In this document: positions 47,404 through 57,779 of the stretch, one piece after another
Layout of the letters: the number at the start of each line of letters is the position of its first letter
Numbering within the stretch: the first letter of the stretch is position 1
Assembly: GCF_039541115.1 (NCBI RefSeq)
Contig: NZ_BAABFP010000005.1
Location: 372,001-436,000, forward strand
DNA from: Angustibacter luteus
GTDB lineage: Bacteria > Actinomycetota > Actinomycetes > Actinomycetales > Angustibacteraceae
Direction of reading: 5' to 3'
DNA: 64,000 bases
Position numbers and translations under genes: made by a program
The notes under the pieces: generated by a model
The model's input: the letters and a program-made list of their open reading frames with translations, nothing else
Databases searched by the model: none
Told to the model about the DNA's origin: nothing

Positions 47404-49847
47404 CGACCAAGCTGTTCGGGGAGCGGGTCGCCCGGGTCGAGGACCCACGGCTGCTGACGGGCGGTGGCCGCTACCTGGACGACCTCGGTCGCGGTGCGCT
47501 GGCCGCGGCGTTCGTCCGGAGCCCGCACGCGCACGCGAGGGTGCTGGACGTCGACGTGACCGGTGCGCTGGACGTCGAGGGCGTCGTCGCGATCTACACC
47601 TGGGAGGACCTGGCCGCGGCCGACGAGGCCGAGGGCACCCGGGTCAGCGAACCGCTACCGCTGCTCATCCCGCACCCGGCGCTGCACGCCGGCCGGACGC
47701 CCTACGCGTTGGCGAAGGACGAGGTGAACCACGTCGGCGAGGCGATCGTGATGGTCGTGGCCAGCGACCGCTACGTCGCCGAGGACGCCTGCCAGGCGAT
47801 TGTCGTCCGGTACGAGTACCTGGACCCGGTGGTCGGGATCGAGGTGTCCCGGCGGGCCGAGCGGTTGGTGCACGACGACGTCCCGGACAACGTGGCAGCG
47901 CACCTGCTGCAGCAGACCGTCGGGGACGACGCGCTGCTCGAGGCCACGATGGCTTCGGCCCCGCACGTGCTGGAGCTCGAGCTGGACATCGAGCGCAGCG
48001 CCTCGATGCCCATGGAGGGCAAGGGGGTGCTGGCCCGGTGGGACCTGGAGGAGCAGTCCCTTCGGGTGCACACCTCCACCCAGGCGTCGACCTCCGTACG
48101 CGCGGCCGTCGCGGCCAAGCTCGCCCTGCCGCTGAACAGGGTGCACTGCATCGCACCCGACGTCGGCGGCGGTTTCGGCGTGAAGATCGTGCACCCGTGG
48201 CCGGAGGAGGTGTTGGTGCCGTGGGCGGCGAAGCGGCTCGCGGCGTCCGGGCTGGGCACCGCCGTGAAGTGGACCGAGGACCGGCGCGAGCACTTCATCT
48301 CCAGCGCGCACGAACGCGGCCAGCTGCAACAGATCCGGGTCGGGTTCGACGACGACGGCCACCTGCTCGCCCTCGACGTGAAGTTCTGGCACGACAACGG
48401 CGCGTACACCCCGTACGGGATCATCGTGCCGATCATCACGTCGACCCAGCTGCTCGGGCCGTACAAACCGAAGGTGTACCGGTGCGAGTTCTGGTCGCTC
48501 TACACCAACACCGTCATCGTCACGCCGTACCGCGGCGCCGGCCGGCCGCAGGCGGTCTTCGCGATGGAGCGGACGATGGACGCCATCGCCGCCGAGCTGG
48601 GCCTGGACCGCACGGTGGTCCGTGAGCGGAACTTCATCCAGCCCGACGAGATGCCCTACGACCACCACCTGACGTTCCAGGACGGCCGGCCGCTCGTCTA
48701 CGACTCCGGTGACTTCCCGGCGTCCCTGGCCAAGCTCAAGGCGTTGGTCGGCTGGGACGACTTCGCCGACTACCGCGACCGGCTGCGCCAGGACGGGCGC
48801 CGCGTCGGCCTCGGCCTGGCCTGCTACGTCGAGGGCACCGGGGTCGGCCCGTACGAGGGCGCGCACGTGGTCGTCGAGACCAGCGGGCAGGTCAAGGTCG
48901 CCACCGGGCTGACCACCCAGGGGCAGGGGCACTACACGGCGTTCGCGCAGATCGTGGCCGACGAGCTCGGGGTGCCGATGGCGGACGTCGAGATCGTCAC
49001 GGGCGACACCCGGCGGTTCCCGTACGCGGTCGGCACGTTCGCCTCGCGCGCGGCGGTGATGAGCGGTTCCGCGATCGCCGCGGCGTCGCGGATCGTGCGG
49101 GCCAAGGCGCTGCGGATCGCCGCCGAGGCGCTCGAGGTCTCCGAGGACGACCTGGAGATCGTCGACGGGGTGGCGCGGGTGAAGGGTGCCCCGGCGACCC
49201 GGATGCCGCTGGGCACGATCGCGGTGCTGTCCAACCCCCTGCGGTACGCGTTCGACGACGCGGCCCGCGCCGCGACCCAGTTCGCGGTCGGAGCGGCCAA
49301 CAAGGTGCCGGTGCCGGACGGCGAGGCGCCGGGCCTGGAGGGCACCGGGTACTACTCGCCGGAGCGGTCCACGTTCGCGAACGGCATGCACGCCGTGGTC
49401 GTGGAGACGGACCAGGAGACCGCCGAGATCCGGATCCTGCGCTACTGCGTGGTGCACGACTGCGGCAAGCTGATCAACCCGCTCATCGTCGAGGGGCAGA
49501 TCCACGGCGGCGTGGCGCAGGGCGTCGGCGGGGCGCTCTACGAGCGGATGGAGTACGACGAGTTCGGTCAGCTGCTCAACGCGTCGTACATGGACTTCCT
49601 GATGCCCTACGCGACGGAGGTGCCCCGCACCATCGAGGTCGACCACCTCGAGACGCCGTCCCCGCTGAACCCGCTGGGAATCAAGGGTGCGGGGGAGGCC
49701 GGCGTCATCCCCGGCGCTGCCGCGATCGCCGCCGCCATCGAGGACGCCGAGGGGTTCGTGATCACCCGGATGCCGATCAGCCCGAGCGAGCTGTTCGCGC
49801 TGCGTCGCGAGCACGACAGCCAGCCACCTGGAGAGGAAACCCTATGA
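47400..49847 (+). CDS. Molybdenum hydroxylase large subunit, candidate uracil/thymine dehydrogenase
   Basis: GGGFGVK, PYRGAGRPQA, QGQGH.T, FASRA, GQIHGG, KGAGEAG; substrate inferred from context. Confidence 0.92.
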
Positions 49848-50464
49848 AGGTCAACGGATCCGCCGTCCTGCACGCCGAGCGGCAGCGGGTCTACGACGCG
49901 CTCAACGACCCGGCGGTACTCGGCGGGGCGATCCCGGGCTGCCAGTCGCTGGTCGCCCTGGGGGAGGACCGCTACCGGATGAGCGTGACCGCAGGGGTGG
50001 CGTCCATCAAGGGCACCTACGACGGTGAGGTGCAGCTCAGCGACCAGCGGGCCCCGGGGTCGTTCACCATGCGTGCCAAGGGATCCGGCGCTCCCGGCAC
50101 CGTGGACGCGACCTGCCGGGTGACCCTCACCGAGGGGGACGACGGCACGACCACGCTCGAGTACGACGCGGACGCGGTGGTCGGCGGCGTGGTCGGGGGA
50201 GTGGGTCAGCGGATGCTGACCGGCGTCGCGAAGAAGATGGCCGGTCAGTTCTTCGGCAACGTGGACGACGTGCTGACCGGCCGAAGGCCGGCGGTGACCA
50301 CGGAAGCGGCGAGCGAAGCGAGCCGGCCCCTCGCCGGCACGACGCGGCCTGCCCCGGCAGGCCCCGCCCAGTCCCGCACCTCACCCCTGGCCGCCGCGCT
50401 CGTCGGCGCGGCGATCGCGCTGGCCGGCGTCGCCCTCGGCTGGGCGATCGCCCGGGGGCGTTGA
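49844..50464 (+). CDS. CoxG/SRPBCC protein with C-terminal membrane anchor
   Basis: LNDPAVL..AIPGC, GGVGQRM, terminal hydrophobic helix. Confidence 0.88.
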   Translation: MKVNGSAVLHAERQRVYDALNDPAVLGGAIPGCQSLVALGEDRYRMSVTAGVASIKGTYDGEVQLSDQRAPGSFTMRAKGSGAPGTVDATCRVTLTEGDDGTTTLEYDADAVVGGVVGGVGQRMLTGVAKKMAGQFFGNVDDVLTGRRPAVTTEAASEASRPLAGTTRPAPAGPAQSRTSPLAAALVGAAIALAGVALGWAIARGR

Positions 50465-50465
50465 G

Positions 50466-51404
50466 GTGCGCGCGTTCACGGCGGCCGCCGTGCAGCTCGC
50501 GCCCGACCCGTCGTCGCTGACCCCGGACAGCATCGCCGGCAACTGCGCCCGGGCCGCGGACTGGGTGCGGCGTTGCGCCCAGCAGACGGGGGCCGAGCTG
50601 GTGGTGCTGCCCGAGACGGCGTCGACCGGCTTCACCCCGGGCATCGGCCCGGACGCGTTGTGGGACCTGGTCTCCGCCGTCCCGGGGCCGGTGACGGAAC
50701 CGCTCCAGGAGGCGGCCCAGGCCACGGGCTCGCACGTCGTGTGGGGCACCTACGAGCGCGGACCCGAGCGCGGCACCGTCTACAACGCGTCGGTGCTCAT
50801 CGGTCCGGACGGCGGCGTGCTCGGCGTCTACCGCAAGACGCAGCCCTTCTGCACCGAGGACGTGGCCCGCGGGGGGTGGGTCACCCCGGGCGACTCGGTG
50901 ACCGTGACGGACACCGAGCTGGGCCGGATCGGCATGGCCATCTGCTTCGACGGCGACTTCCCCGAGCTGTGGCGGATCCAGGCCGTGCAGGGCGCGGAGG
51001 TGATCGTGCGGCCGTCGGCGCTGCTGCGCTCGGCCGACATCGCCGAGCTGACCAGCCGGGCTCGCGCCTACGACAACCACGTCTACGTGGTCGCGGCCAA
51101 CGCGACCGGCACCGACCCGGCGGGCGTGCACTACTTCGGCAACAGCCACATCGTGGACCCGACCTCGCACACGGTGGCGCGTGCGGCCAGCCACGAGTGC
51201 TGGGTCACGGCGCGGCTCGACCCGGCCACGGCGATGGCGTCACTGACGCCGGGGAGCTCGGTGCCCCAGTCGTTCGACCACCTCGCCGAGCGCAACCTGG
51301 ACGTGATCCGGCGGTACGCCGACGACCTGCAGGCCCCCGCGAGGTCGTCCTTCCCGCACGGCGCACCGCACGCGGCGACGGAGGACCCGGCGGACCGACC
51401 GTGA
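50466..51404 (+). CDS. Nitrilase-family carbon-nitrogen hydrolase
   Basis: E-K-C triad: LPE, YRK, ICFDGDFPE; SRARAYDN. Confidence 0.92.
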   Translation: MRAFTAAAVQLAPDPSSLTPDSIAGNCARAADWVRRCAQQTGAELVVLPETASTGFTPGIGPDALWDLVSAVPGPVTEPLQEAAQATGSHVVWGTYERGPERGTVYNASVLIGPDGGVLGVYRKTQPFCTEDVARGGWVTPGDSVTVTDTELGRIGMAICFDGDFPELWRIQAVQGAEVIVRPSALLRSADIAELTSRARAYDNHVYVVAANATGTDPAGVHYFGNSHIVDPTSHTVARAASHECWVTARLDPATAMASLTPGSSVPQSFDHLAERNLDVIRRYADDLQAPARSSFPHGAPHAATEDPADRP

Positions 51405-53497
51405 CCCCCTCGGCGGCCAGCAGGCGGGTGCGGATCGGCATCGACACCGGCGGCACGTTCACGGACGTGGTCGCGGTGGACGAGGACTCGGGCGAGATCG
51501 TGACGACCAAGACGCCGTCCACGCCGGTCGACCCGGCCGAGGGCTTCCTGGCCGGCATCGACAAGGTGCTCGCCGTGATGGGGCTGGACGGCACGGCAGT
51601 GAGCGCGGTCAGCCACGGCACCACCGTGGCGACCAACAAGCTGCTCGAGGGCAAGGTGGAGAACCTCGGGTTCATCACCACCGAGGGTTACCGGCACGTG
51701 CTGGAGATCGCCCGGCAGTCGGTGCCGGACGGCTACGGCAACTCCTACTTCTGGGTCAAGCCCCCGCGGATCGTGCCGGCCGACCGGGTGCGCACCGTGG
51801 GTGGCCGGCTGGCCGTGGACGGCAGCGAGGTCCGCCCCTTCGACGAGGCCGACGCCGTGGCCGCGGCCCGGTTCTTCCGCGACCTCGGGATCTCGACCAT
51901 CGGGGTCTGCTTCCTGCACTCCTACGCTGACCCGCGGCACGAGCTCGCGATGCGCGACGTGCTCGCCCGCGAGCACCCGGACGCGACGGTGAGCATCTCC
52001 AGCGAGGTGCTGCGCGAGTACCGCGAGTACGAGCGCAGCGTGACGACCCTGGTGGACGCCGCGGTGAAACCCAACATCCGCCGCTACGTCGAGAACATCG
52101 GACGCCGGCTCGCCGACTACGCCCACGGCGCGAGCGTGCCGTTCTACGTGATGAAGTCCAACGGCGGCGTGCTGTCCGCCGCGGAGGTCGTGCACCAGCC
52201 GATCACCACGGTGCTGTCCGGTCCGGCGGCCGGCGCGCTCGGCGCCGCGGTGGTCGCCCGCGCGGCCGGAGTGGACCGGGTGCTGACGTGCGACGGGGGT
52301 GGCACGTCGACCGACGTCACGGTCGTGGTGGGCGGCCGGCCCGCGCTCACCACCGAGGGCACGGTCGGGGCCTATCCGAGCAAGATCCCGATGATCGACG
52401 TCGTGACCGTGGGTGCCGGCGGAGGGTCCATCGCCTGGGTGACCCCGGAGGGCACCCTCAAGGTCGGCCCTCAGTCGGCCGGCGCCGACCCCGGCCCGGT
52501 CTGCTACGGCCGCGGCGGCACGGAGCCCACGATCACCGACGCCCACCTGGTCCTCGGCCGCATCCCGGCCCACCTGCTCGGCGGGGAGGTCCCGCTGGAC
52601 GCCGACGCCGCCCAGGCAGCGGTGGCCGGGCTGGCTGGTCGACTCGGCCTCGAGCCCGCCGCCTGCGCCAACGGCATCCTGGAGATCTCGGCCTGGAACC
52701 AGGCGAACGCCCTGCGGCAGATCTCGGTCAAGCGCGGGCTCGACGTCCGGGACTTCACCCTGGTCACGTTCGGCGGGTCCGGGTCGCTGCTGGCCTGCCG
52801 GCTGGTGGACGTGCTCGGTCTGGACGGCGTCCTGGTGCCGCCGGACCCGGGCAACCTGTCGGCGTACGGGCTGCTCACCGTCGACGTCCGCAACGACTAC
52901 GTGCGGACGGCGGTGGCCCGGCAGACCCGGCTGGACCACCAGCGGATGGACGGCATCGTCACCGAGCTCACCGCGCAGGCCGACGAGGCGCTTGCCCGCG
53001 AGGGCTTCGCTCCGGCCGACCGCAGGTTCGAGCGCACCGCTGATGTCCGGTACTACGGCCAGGCCTTCGAGGTCCGAGTCACCGTGCCGGACGGACCGGT
53101 CGACGACGCGCTGACCGCGCGGGTCGCCGAGCAGTTCCACGACGAGCACCGCGCGCTCTACGGCTACGACCTGCGCACCGACGTGCGGCAGGAGGTCGAG
53201 TGGGTGAACCTGCGGGTCACGGGCGTCGGCCCCATCCGCACCCCGGAGCTGCCCGAGGCGGCACCCGGCACGGGTGCGCAGGTGGCCCGCACGGGCACCC
53301 GGCGCGCCGACTTCGGCGACGGCTGGTGCGAGGCCGTGCTCTACGACCGGGCGCGGCTCGGCGCCGGCGACGTGGTGTCCGGCCCCGCCGTGATCGAGGA
53401 GTTCGGCTCGACGGTCCCGCTACACCCCGGCTTCCGCGCTGAGGTCGACGCCCACCGGAACCTGCGGATCACCCGGACCGGGGGGAGCCCGTCATGA
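51401..53497 (+). CDS. Hydantoinase A / 5-oxoprolinase family ATP-binding subunit
   Basis: GIDTGGTFTD, HGTTVATN, SGPAAG, DGGGTSTD, GAGGGS, SAGADPGP. Confidence 0.93.
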   Translation: MTPSAASRRVRIGIDTGGTFTDVVAVDEDSGEIVTTKTPSTPVDPAEGFLAGIDKVLAVMGLDGTAVSAVSHGTTVATNKLLEGKVENLGFITTEGYRHVLEIARQSVPDGYGNSYFWVKPPRIVPADRVRTVGGRLAVDGSEVRPFDEADAVAAARFFRDLGISTIGVCFLHSYADPRHELAMRDVLAREHPDATVSISSEVLREYREYERSVTTLVDAAVKPNIRRYVENIGRRLADYAHGASVPFYVMKSNGGVLSAAEVVHQPITTVLSGPAAGALGAAVVARAAGVDRVLTCDGGGTSTDVTVVVGGRPALTTEGTVGAYPSKIPMIDVVTVGAGGGSIAWVTPEGTLKVGPQSAGADPGPVCYGRGGTEPTITDAHLVLGRIPAHLLGGEVPLDADAAQAAVAGLAGRLGLEPAACANGILEISAWNQANALRQISVKRGLDVRDFTLVTFGGSGSLLACRLVDVLGLDGVLVPPDPGNLSAYGLLTVDVRNDYVRTAVARQTRLDHQRMDGIVTELTAQADEALAREGFAPADRRFERTADVRYYGQAFEVRVTVPDGPVDDALTARVAEQFHDEHRALYGYDLRTDVRQEVEWVNLRVTGVGPIRTPELPEAAPGTGAQVARTGTRRADFGDGWCEAVLYDRARLGAGDVVSGPAVIEEFGSTVPLHPGFRAEVDAHRNLRITRTGGSPS

Positions 53498-55443
53498 GCG
53501 GCATGCGGCAGCACCCGTTCGGCTACCGGCTCACCGAGGTCCCGGCGTCCGACGTCGACCCCGTTCTGGTCGAGATCGTCGAGGGCTACCTGGCCAGCGT
53601 CGAGATGGAGGTCGAGACCGCCATCGCGCGGACCTCTCGCTCACCCATGATCAGGGACGCGCACGACTTCCGGGCCGGCATCCACGACCGGCACCTGCGC
53701 AAGCTCACCGGACGCTCGTACTCGGCCCTCGTGCACCCGATCGCCCGGGACTTTCCGCCGGAGACGATGCGGCCCGGCGACGTGTTCTTCCACAACGACG
53801 TCTACGAGTCCGAGGGCGGGATCGGGCACCTGCCGGACCTGTGCGTGACCGTGCCGGTGTTCGCCGCCGACGCCGCCGGCGAGCCGTCCGTCGTGGCCTT
53901 CGTGCAGGCCTTCGGGCACCACGACGACATCGGCGGTGCGGTGCCGGGTTCCATGCCGTCCAACGCCACCAGCGTGTTCGCCGAGGGTCTGATGGTGCCG
54001 CCGATCCGGTTGTGGGACGCGGGGGTGCCGAACGCGGCGGCGCTGCGGATCATGACCCGGAACTCGCGGATGCCCGAGTCGCTGGCCGCGGACCTGGACG
54101 CCGAGTGCAGCGCCTGCCTGATGGGGGCCCGGCGGCTGGGCGAGCTGTTCGACCGGTACGGCGTGGACACGGTCGAGGCGACGTTCGACGCGATCCTGGA
54201 CAACACCACGGCGACGTACCGGCGCGAGATCCTGTCCAAGATCCCGGTGGGGCAGTACGTGTGGGAGGACTACGCCGAGCACGACGGCGTGGAGGAGCCC
54301 AGGCTGCACACCCAGCGCATCACGCTGACCCGCACGGCCGCCGACGACCCGGACGGCGAGCGGCTGGTCATCGACTTCACCGGGACCGGACCGCAGGCCC
54401 GCGGACCCATCAACCACTGCGGCGACTACGCCGAGGGCACCTTCCTGAAGAAGTGGCTCGCGCCGATCCTGCGCAACCTGGCCGACTCCCCGCAGCGGAT
54501 GGCCGAGCTCGACGTCAACGAGGGGGTCGTCCCGCTGATCGAGATGCGCTTCCCGGAACCTGGGACGCTGCTGACGCCGATCTTCCCGGCGCCCACCAAC
54601 GCGCGCACCTTCGTCATCCTGCGGCTGCTCGGTGTCCTGGCCGGGGTCGTCGCCAAGGCGGTGGACGGCCAGATGCCCGCCGACCAGGAGACGATCCGCT
54701 ACACCGGCGTCTACGGCGATGACCTCGAGGGCAATCCCTACCTGATGCGCGAGGTGCTGGGTGGCGGGTCCGGTGGGCGGCCGCACGGCGACGGGGAGGA
54801 CACCATCCACGTCGTCCCGGACAGCCGCAACCTGCCGACCGAGTTCACCGAGAGCCGGTTCCCGTTCCGGGTCGAGTCGCTGGGGCTGGCCGTCGACTCC
54901 GGCGGGGCCGGCCTGCACCGGGGCGGGCTCGGTTACGACAAGCAGATCCGGATGCTGCGCGACGGGCACTTCATGTCCATCGCGGACCGCTCGATCCTGG
55001 CCTGCTGGGGAGTGCGCGGCGGCCAGGCCGGTCAGCCCTTCTCCGTGACGGTGGACGTCGGGGGCCCCAACGAGCGCGAGGTGGACGCCCTGGCCGATGC
55101 CGAGCCGGTGCAGGCGGGGGAGCTGATCCGGATCCGGACGACGGGCGGTGGCGGTTGGGGTGACCCGCTGGAGCGGGCCGCGGCGGACGTCGTCCGCGAC
55201 GTGCGCTGGGGCAAGGTGTCCATCGCGGGCGCCGCCCGTGACTACGGCGTGGTGCTCACCGGATCCGCGGACGACCCCGAGCTCGACGCGGCAGGCACTC
55301 AAGCGATGCGGCAGCAGCGCCGGCAGGCGCGACCGGCCGAGGCGCCGTTCTTCGACCGCGGGCCCGGCTACGCACGGCTCAGCGGCGGCGCGACGAGCGC
55401 CGAGGTGGACTGGGTGGAGCCGGCTGAGCCCTCTGACGGCTAG
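53494..55443 (+). CDS. Hydantoinase B / 5-oxoprolinase family subunit
   Basis: GHLPD, GHHDDIGGAVPGS, EGL..PP, DSGGAG..RGGLG, TGGGGWGDP. Confidence 0.93.
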   Translation: MSGMRQHPFGYRLTEVPASDVDPVLVEIVEGYLASVEMEVETAIARTSRSPMIRDAHDFRAGIHDRHLRKLTGRSYSALVHPIARDFPPETMRPGDVFFHNDVYESEGGIGHLPDLCVTVPVFAADAAGEPSVVAFVQAFGHHDDIGGAVPGSMPSNATSVFAEGLMVPPIRLWDAGVPNAAALRIMTRNSRMPESLAADLDAECSACLMGARRLGELFDRYGVDTVEATFDAILDNTTATYRREILSKIPVGQYVWEDYAEHDGVEEPRLHTQRITLTRTAADDPDGERLVIDFTGTGPQARGPINHCGDYAEGTFLKKWLAPILRNLADSPQRMAELDVNEGVVPLIEMRFPEPGTLLTPIFPAPTNARTFVILRLLGVLAGVVAKAVDGQMPADQETIRYTGVYGDDLEGNPYLMREVLGGGSGGRPHGDGEDTIHVVPDSRNLPTEFTESRFPFRVESLGLAVDSGGAGLHRGGLGYDKQIRMLRDGHFMSIADRSILACWGVRGGQAGQPFSVTVDVGGPNEREVDALADAEPVQAGELIRIRTTGGGGWGDPLERAAADVVRDVRWGKVSIAGAARDYGVVLTGSADDPELDAAGTQAMRQQRRQARPAEAPFFDRGPGYARLSGGATSAEVDWVEPAEPSDG

Positions 55444-56291
55444 GCGTACTGCTTCACGAACCCCAGGGCGGTGTCGGCCACCTCGCGCCAACCGCTGTCG
55501 ATGGTCAGCGCGTGGCCGCGGTTCGCGATCTCGACGAACTCGGTGACGCCCTCGTTGCGCTTCTGCTTCTTGAAGGCGGCGTTCGAGATCGCGTGCGGGA
55601 CGGTGTGGTCCTGCTCGCCGCCGATGATCAGCAGGGGGCCGCGGTCGGGGTTCTTGCTCTTGACCTTGGCCTGGGTCCAGGGGTTGAGGTTCGCGCTGGC
55701 GGCCTGGAACAGGGGTGCGCCGGGGGCGGGGACGGCGAACGCGTCGTACAGCTCCTTCGCCTCGTCCTCGCTGACCGCGTTCGCGAAGGCGTACCGGAAC
55801 TGCTCGTAGGTGAGCGGGACGGCACGGTGCTTGTTGGCGGGGTTGGTCAGCACGGGGCTGGAGGCACGCAGCGCCGAGATGGGCAGCGGCAGCACGCCAC
55901 GGAACGGGGCCGGCGAGATGGACACGGTGGCCGCGGACAGGCCGCGCCCGGCGACCATCTGGGCCAGCAGGCCGCCGAACGAGTGCCCCACGACGGCGGG
56001 CTTCTGCTCCAGCAGCGCGATCACGGCCGCGTAGTGGTCGGCGACCTGCCCGACGGTCTTGTTCGCGAACACCTCGGGGTGCGCGTTGGCCTCCTCGACG
56101 GTCTCCGGGTCGTCCGGCCAGCCGGGGCTGACGGCGGCGTAGCCGGCCTCCTCGAACACGGCGGCCCAGCGGTCCCAGCTGCTGGGCAGCAGCCAGAGCC
56201 CGTGGATGAAGACGACGGGACGGCGGCCGGCGGCGTTGGCGGCCTCGACCTGGTCGAGGGTGGACTGCGGGATCAAGGACTCCGTGGCCAT
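55440..56291 (-). CDS. Alpha/beta hydrolase
   Basis: FIHGLW, GHSFGG nucleophile elbow, DHTVP, RGH. Confidence 0.9.
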   Translation of the reverse strand: MATESLIPQSTLDQVEAANAAGRRPVVFIHGLWLLPSSWDRWAAVFEEAGYAAVSPGWPDDPETVEEANAHPEVFANKTVGQVADHYAAVIALLEQKPAVVGHSFGGLLAQMVAGRGLSAATVSISPAPFRGVLPLPISALRASSPVLTNPANKHRAVPLTYEQFRYAFANAVSEDEAKELYDAFAVPAPGAPLFQAASANLNPWTQAKVKSKNPDRGPLLIIGGEQDHTVPHAISNAAFKKQKRNEGVTEFVEIANRGHALTIDSGWREVADTALGFVKQYA

Positions 56292-56432
56292 GCGAGCGCT
56301 CCCAGGGATTGGTGGGCCGAGCAGCACGTGCGGTCCATAGGGACGCTATCGGCGCGTGCGGACCCTGTGAAGATCATGTGCGGCAGCGTCTCACCGACCG
56401 GTACGCACGGGCTCACCCGTGATGATGGGGTG

Positions 56433-57179
56433 GTGCCGTTCACCGTCTCCCACGTCGTCGCCGTCCTGCCGCTGCGACGTGTGCCGTGGCTGCCGACCTC
56501 CGCGCTCGTGATCGGGTCGATGGCGCCGGACAGCCCGTCGATGGTCGGGGCGTTGCGGTGGCGCGACAGCACGCACACGTTGGCAGGCGCCATGACGACC
56601 GACGTGGCCATCACGGCCGTCGGCTGCGTGCTCTGGGCCTGGGTGCTGCGGCCCGTGGTGGCCGACCTCGTGCCTGCCCTCGCGGCGCGGTGGCGGCCTT
56701 CGGTGCAGCCGCGCCGACCGCTCGTCGTGCAAGGACTGCTCTGGTACCTGGCCGCGGCGATCGGCTGCCTCACCCACGTCGTGTGGGACGCCTTCACCCA
56801 CCCTGGTGGCGCGGAGGGCGGTTGGATCCCGCTGGACGGCGTGAACGCGCACACCTACGCGCAGCTGCAGCTGCTGTCCAGCGTGCTGGGAATCGTGATC
56901 CTGGCGTGGTGGACGGCGCGTTGGTGGCGTGCCCACCCGCCGATCGCCCACTCCGAGCCCGGCACCCCCGCCGTCCGGCACCGGCGCAGCGCCGTGGCCC
57001 TGGTCGTGGTGGCCGCCGGCGCGCTCTGGGCAGCGACGGACCGGGCGCTGACCGGCGGACGGGCCGGGCAGCAGGTCCTGGTCGACCTCGGGTTCGGCGC
57101 CCTGGCCGGGGCGCTGGTCGGTGCGCTCCTCGTCGCGGTCGTGTACCGGTTGACGCTGTTGCGCGGCCGCTCGACCTAG
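56433..57179 (+). CDS. DUF4184 family membrane protein
   Basis: MPFTVSH...GSMAPD...THVVWDAFTH. Confidence 0.85.
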   Translation: MPFTVSHVVAVLPLRRVPWLPTSALVIGSMAPDSPSMVGALRWRDSTHTLAGAMTTDVAITAVGCVLWAWVLRPVVADLVPALAARWRPSVQPRRPLVVQGLLWYLAAAIGCLTHVVWDAFTHPGGAEGGWIPLDGVNAHTYAQLQLLSSVLGIVILAWWTARWWRAHPPIAHSEPGTPAVRHRRSAVALVVVAAGALWAATDRALTGGRAGQQVLVDLGFGALAGALVGALLVAVVYRLTLLRGRST

Positions 57180-57745
57180 AGCGTGCCGGTGTCGAGCAGG
57201 ACGTCGGCCTGTCCGGCGGTGCCCTCGCGCGCGAAGTGCGCGTCCTCCTGGTCGGCCCACTGCCGCCAGTGCGGCCGGTAGCTCTCGCCGTCGCGGTCGA
57301 TGGCACGCCGGAACCTCACGTCCTCGGGCGCCTGCACCCAGACCAGCACCGACAGGAACGGCCGGCAGACCGCTGCGCCCGCCCCGCACCCCTCCACCAC
57401 CATCGTCGCGGCGCAGGGAATCTGGTAGGCCTCGCCGTCGGACTCAGTGACCCAGTCGTAGCGGCGCAAGGTCGCCGAGTCGCCCATCGACACTGGTCGC
57501 AGCACGCCGTCGACGAGCCGGGTGACGCCGTCCTCCAGGCCGTCCCAGCCCGGGTAGACGTCGTCCAGCCGGACGACCGGGGCGTCGTCCAACGCTGCGC
57601 CCAGGCGCCGGGCGAACGACGACTTGCCCGCGCCGCTGCGCCCGTCCACGGCGATCACCCGCGTCGGACCGGTGCGGGCCGGCGCCCCTGGGAGCAGGGC
57701 CAGGACGGCCGCGATCGCCGGCTCGACATCCGTGGCGCGCAGCAT
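57176..57745 (-). CDS. P-loop kinase (uridine kinase-like / AAA)
   Basis: IAVDGRSGAGKS, DDVYPGW, RRYDW, VVEG. Confidence 0.8.
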   Translation of the reverse strand: MLRATDVEPAIAAVLALLPGAPARTGPTRVIAVDGRSGAGKSSFARRLGAALDDAPVVRLDDVYPGWDGLEDGVTRLVDGVLRPVSMGDSATLRRYDWVTESDGEAYQIPCAATMVVEGCGAGAAVCRPFLSVLVWVQAPEDVRFRRAIDRDGESYRPHWRQWADQEDAHFAREGTAGQADVLLDTGTL

Positions 57746-57779
57746 CGGGACACTGTGCCACGCGCACTACGCTCGCCCG

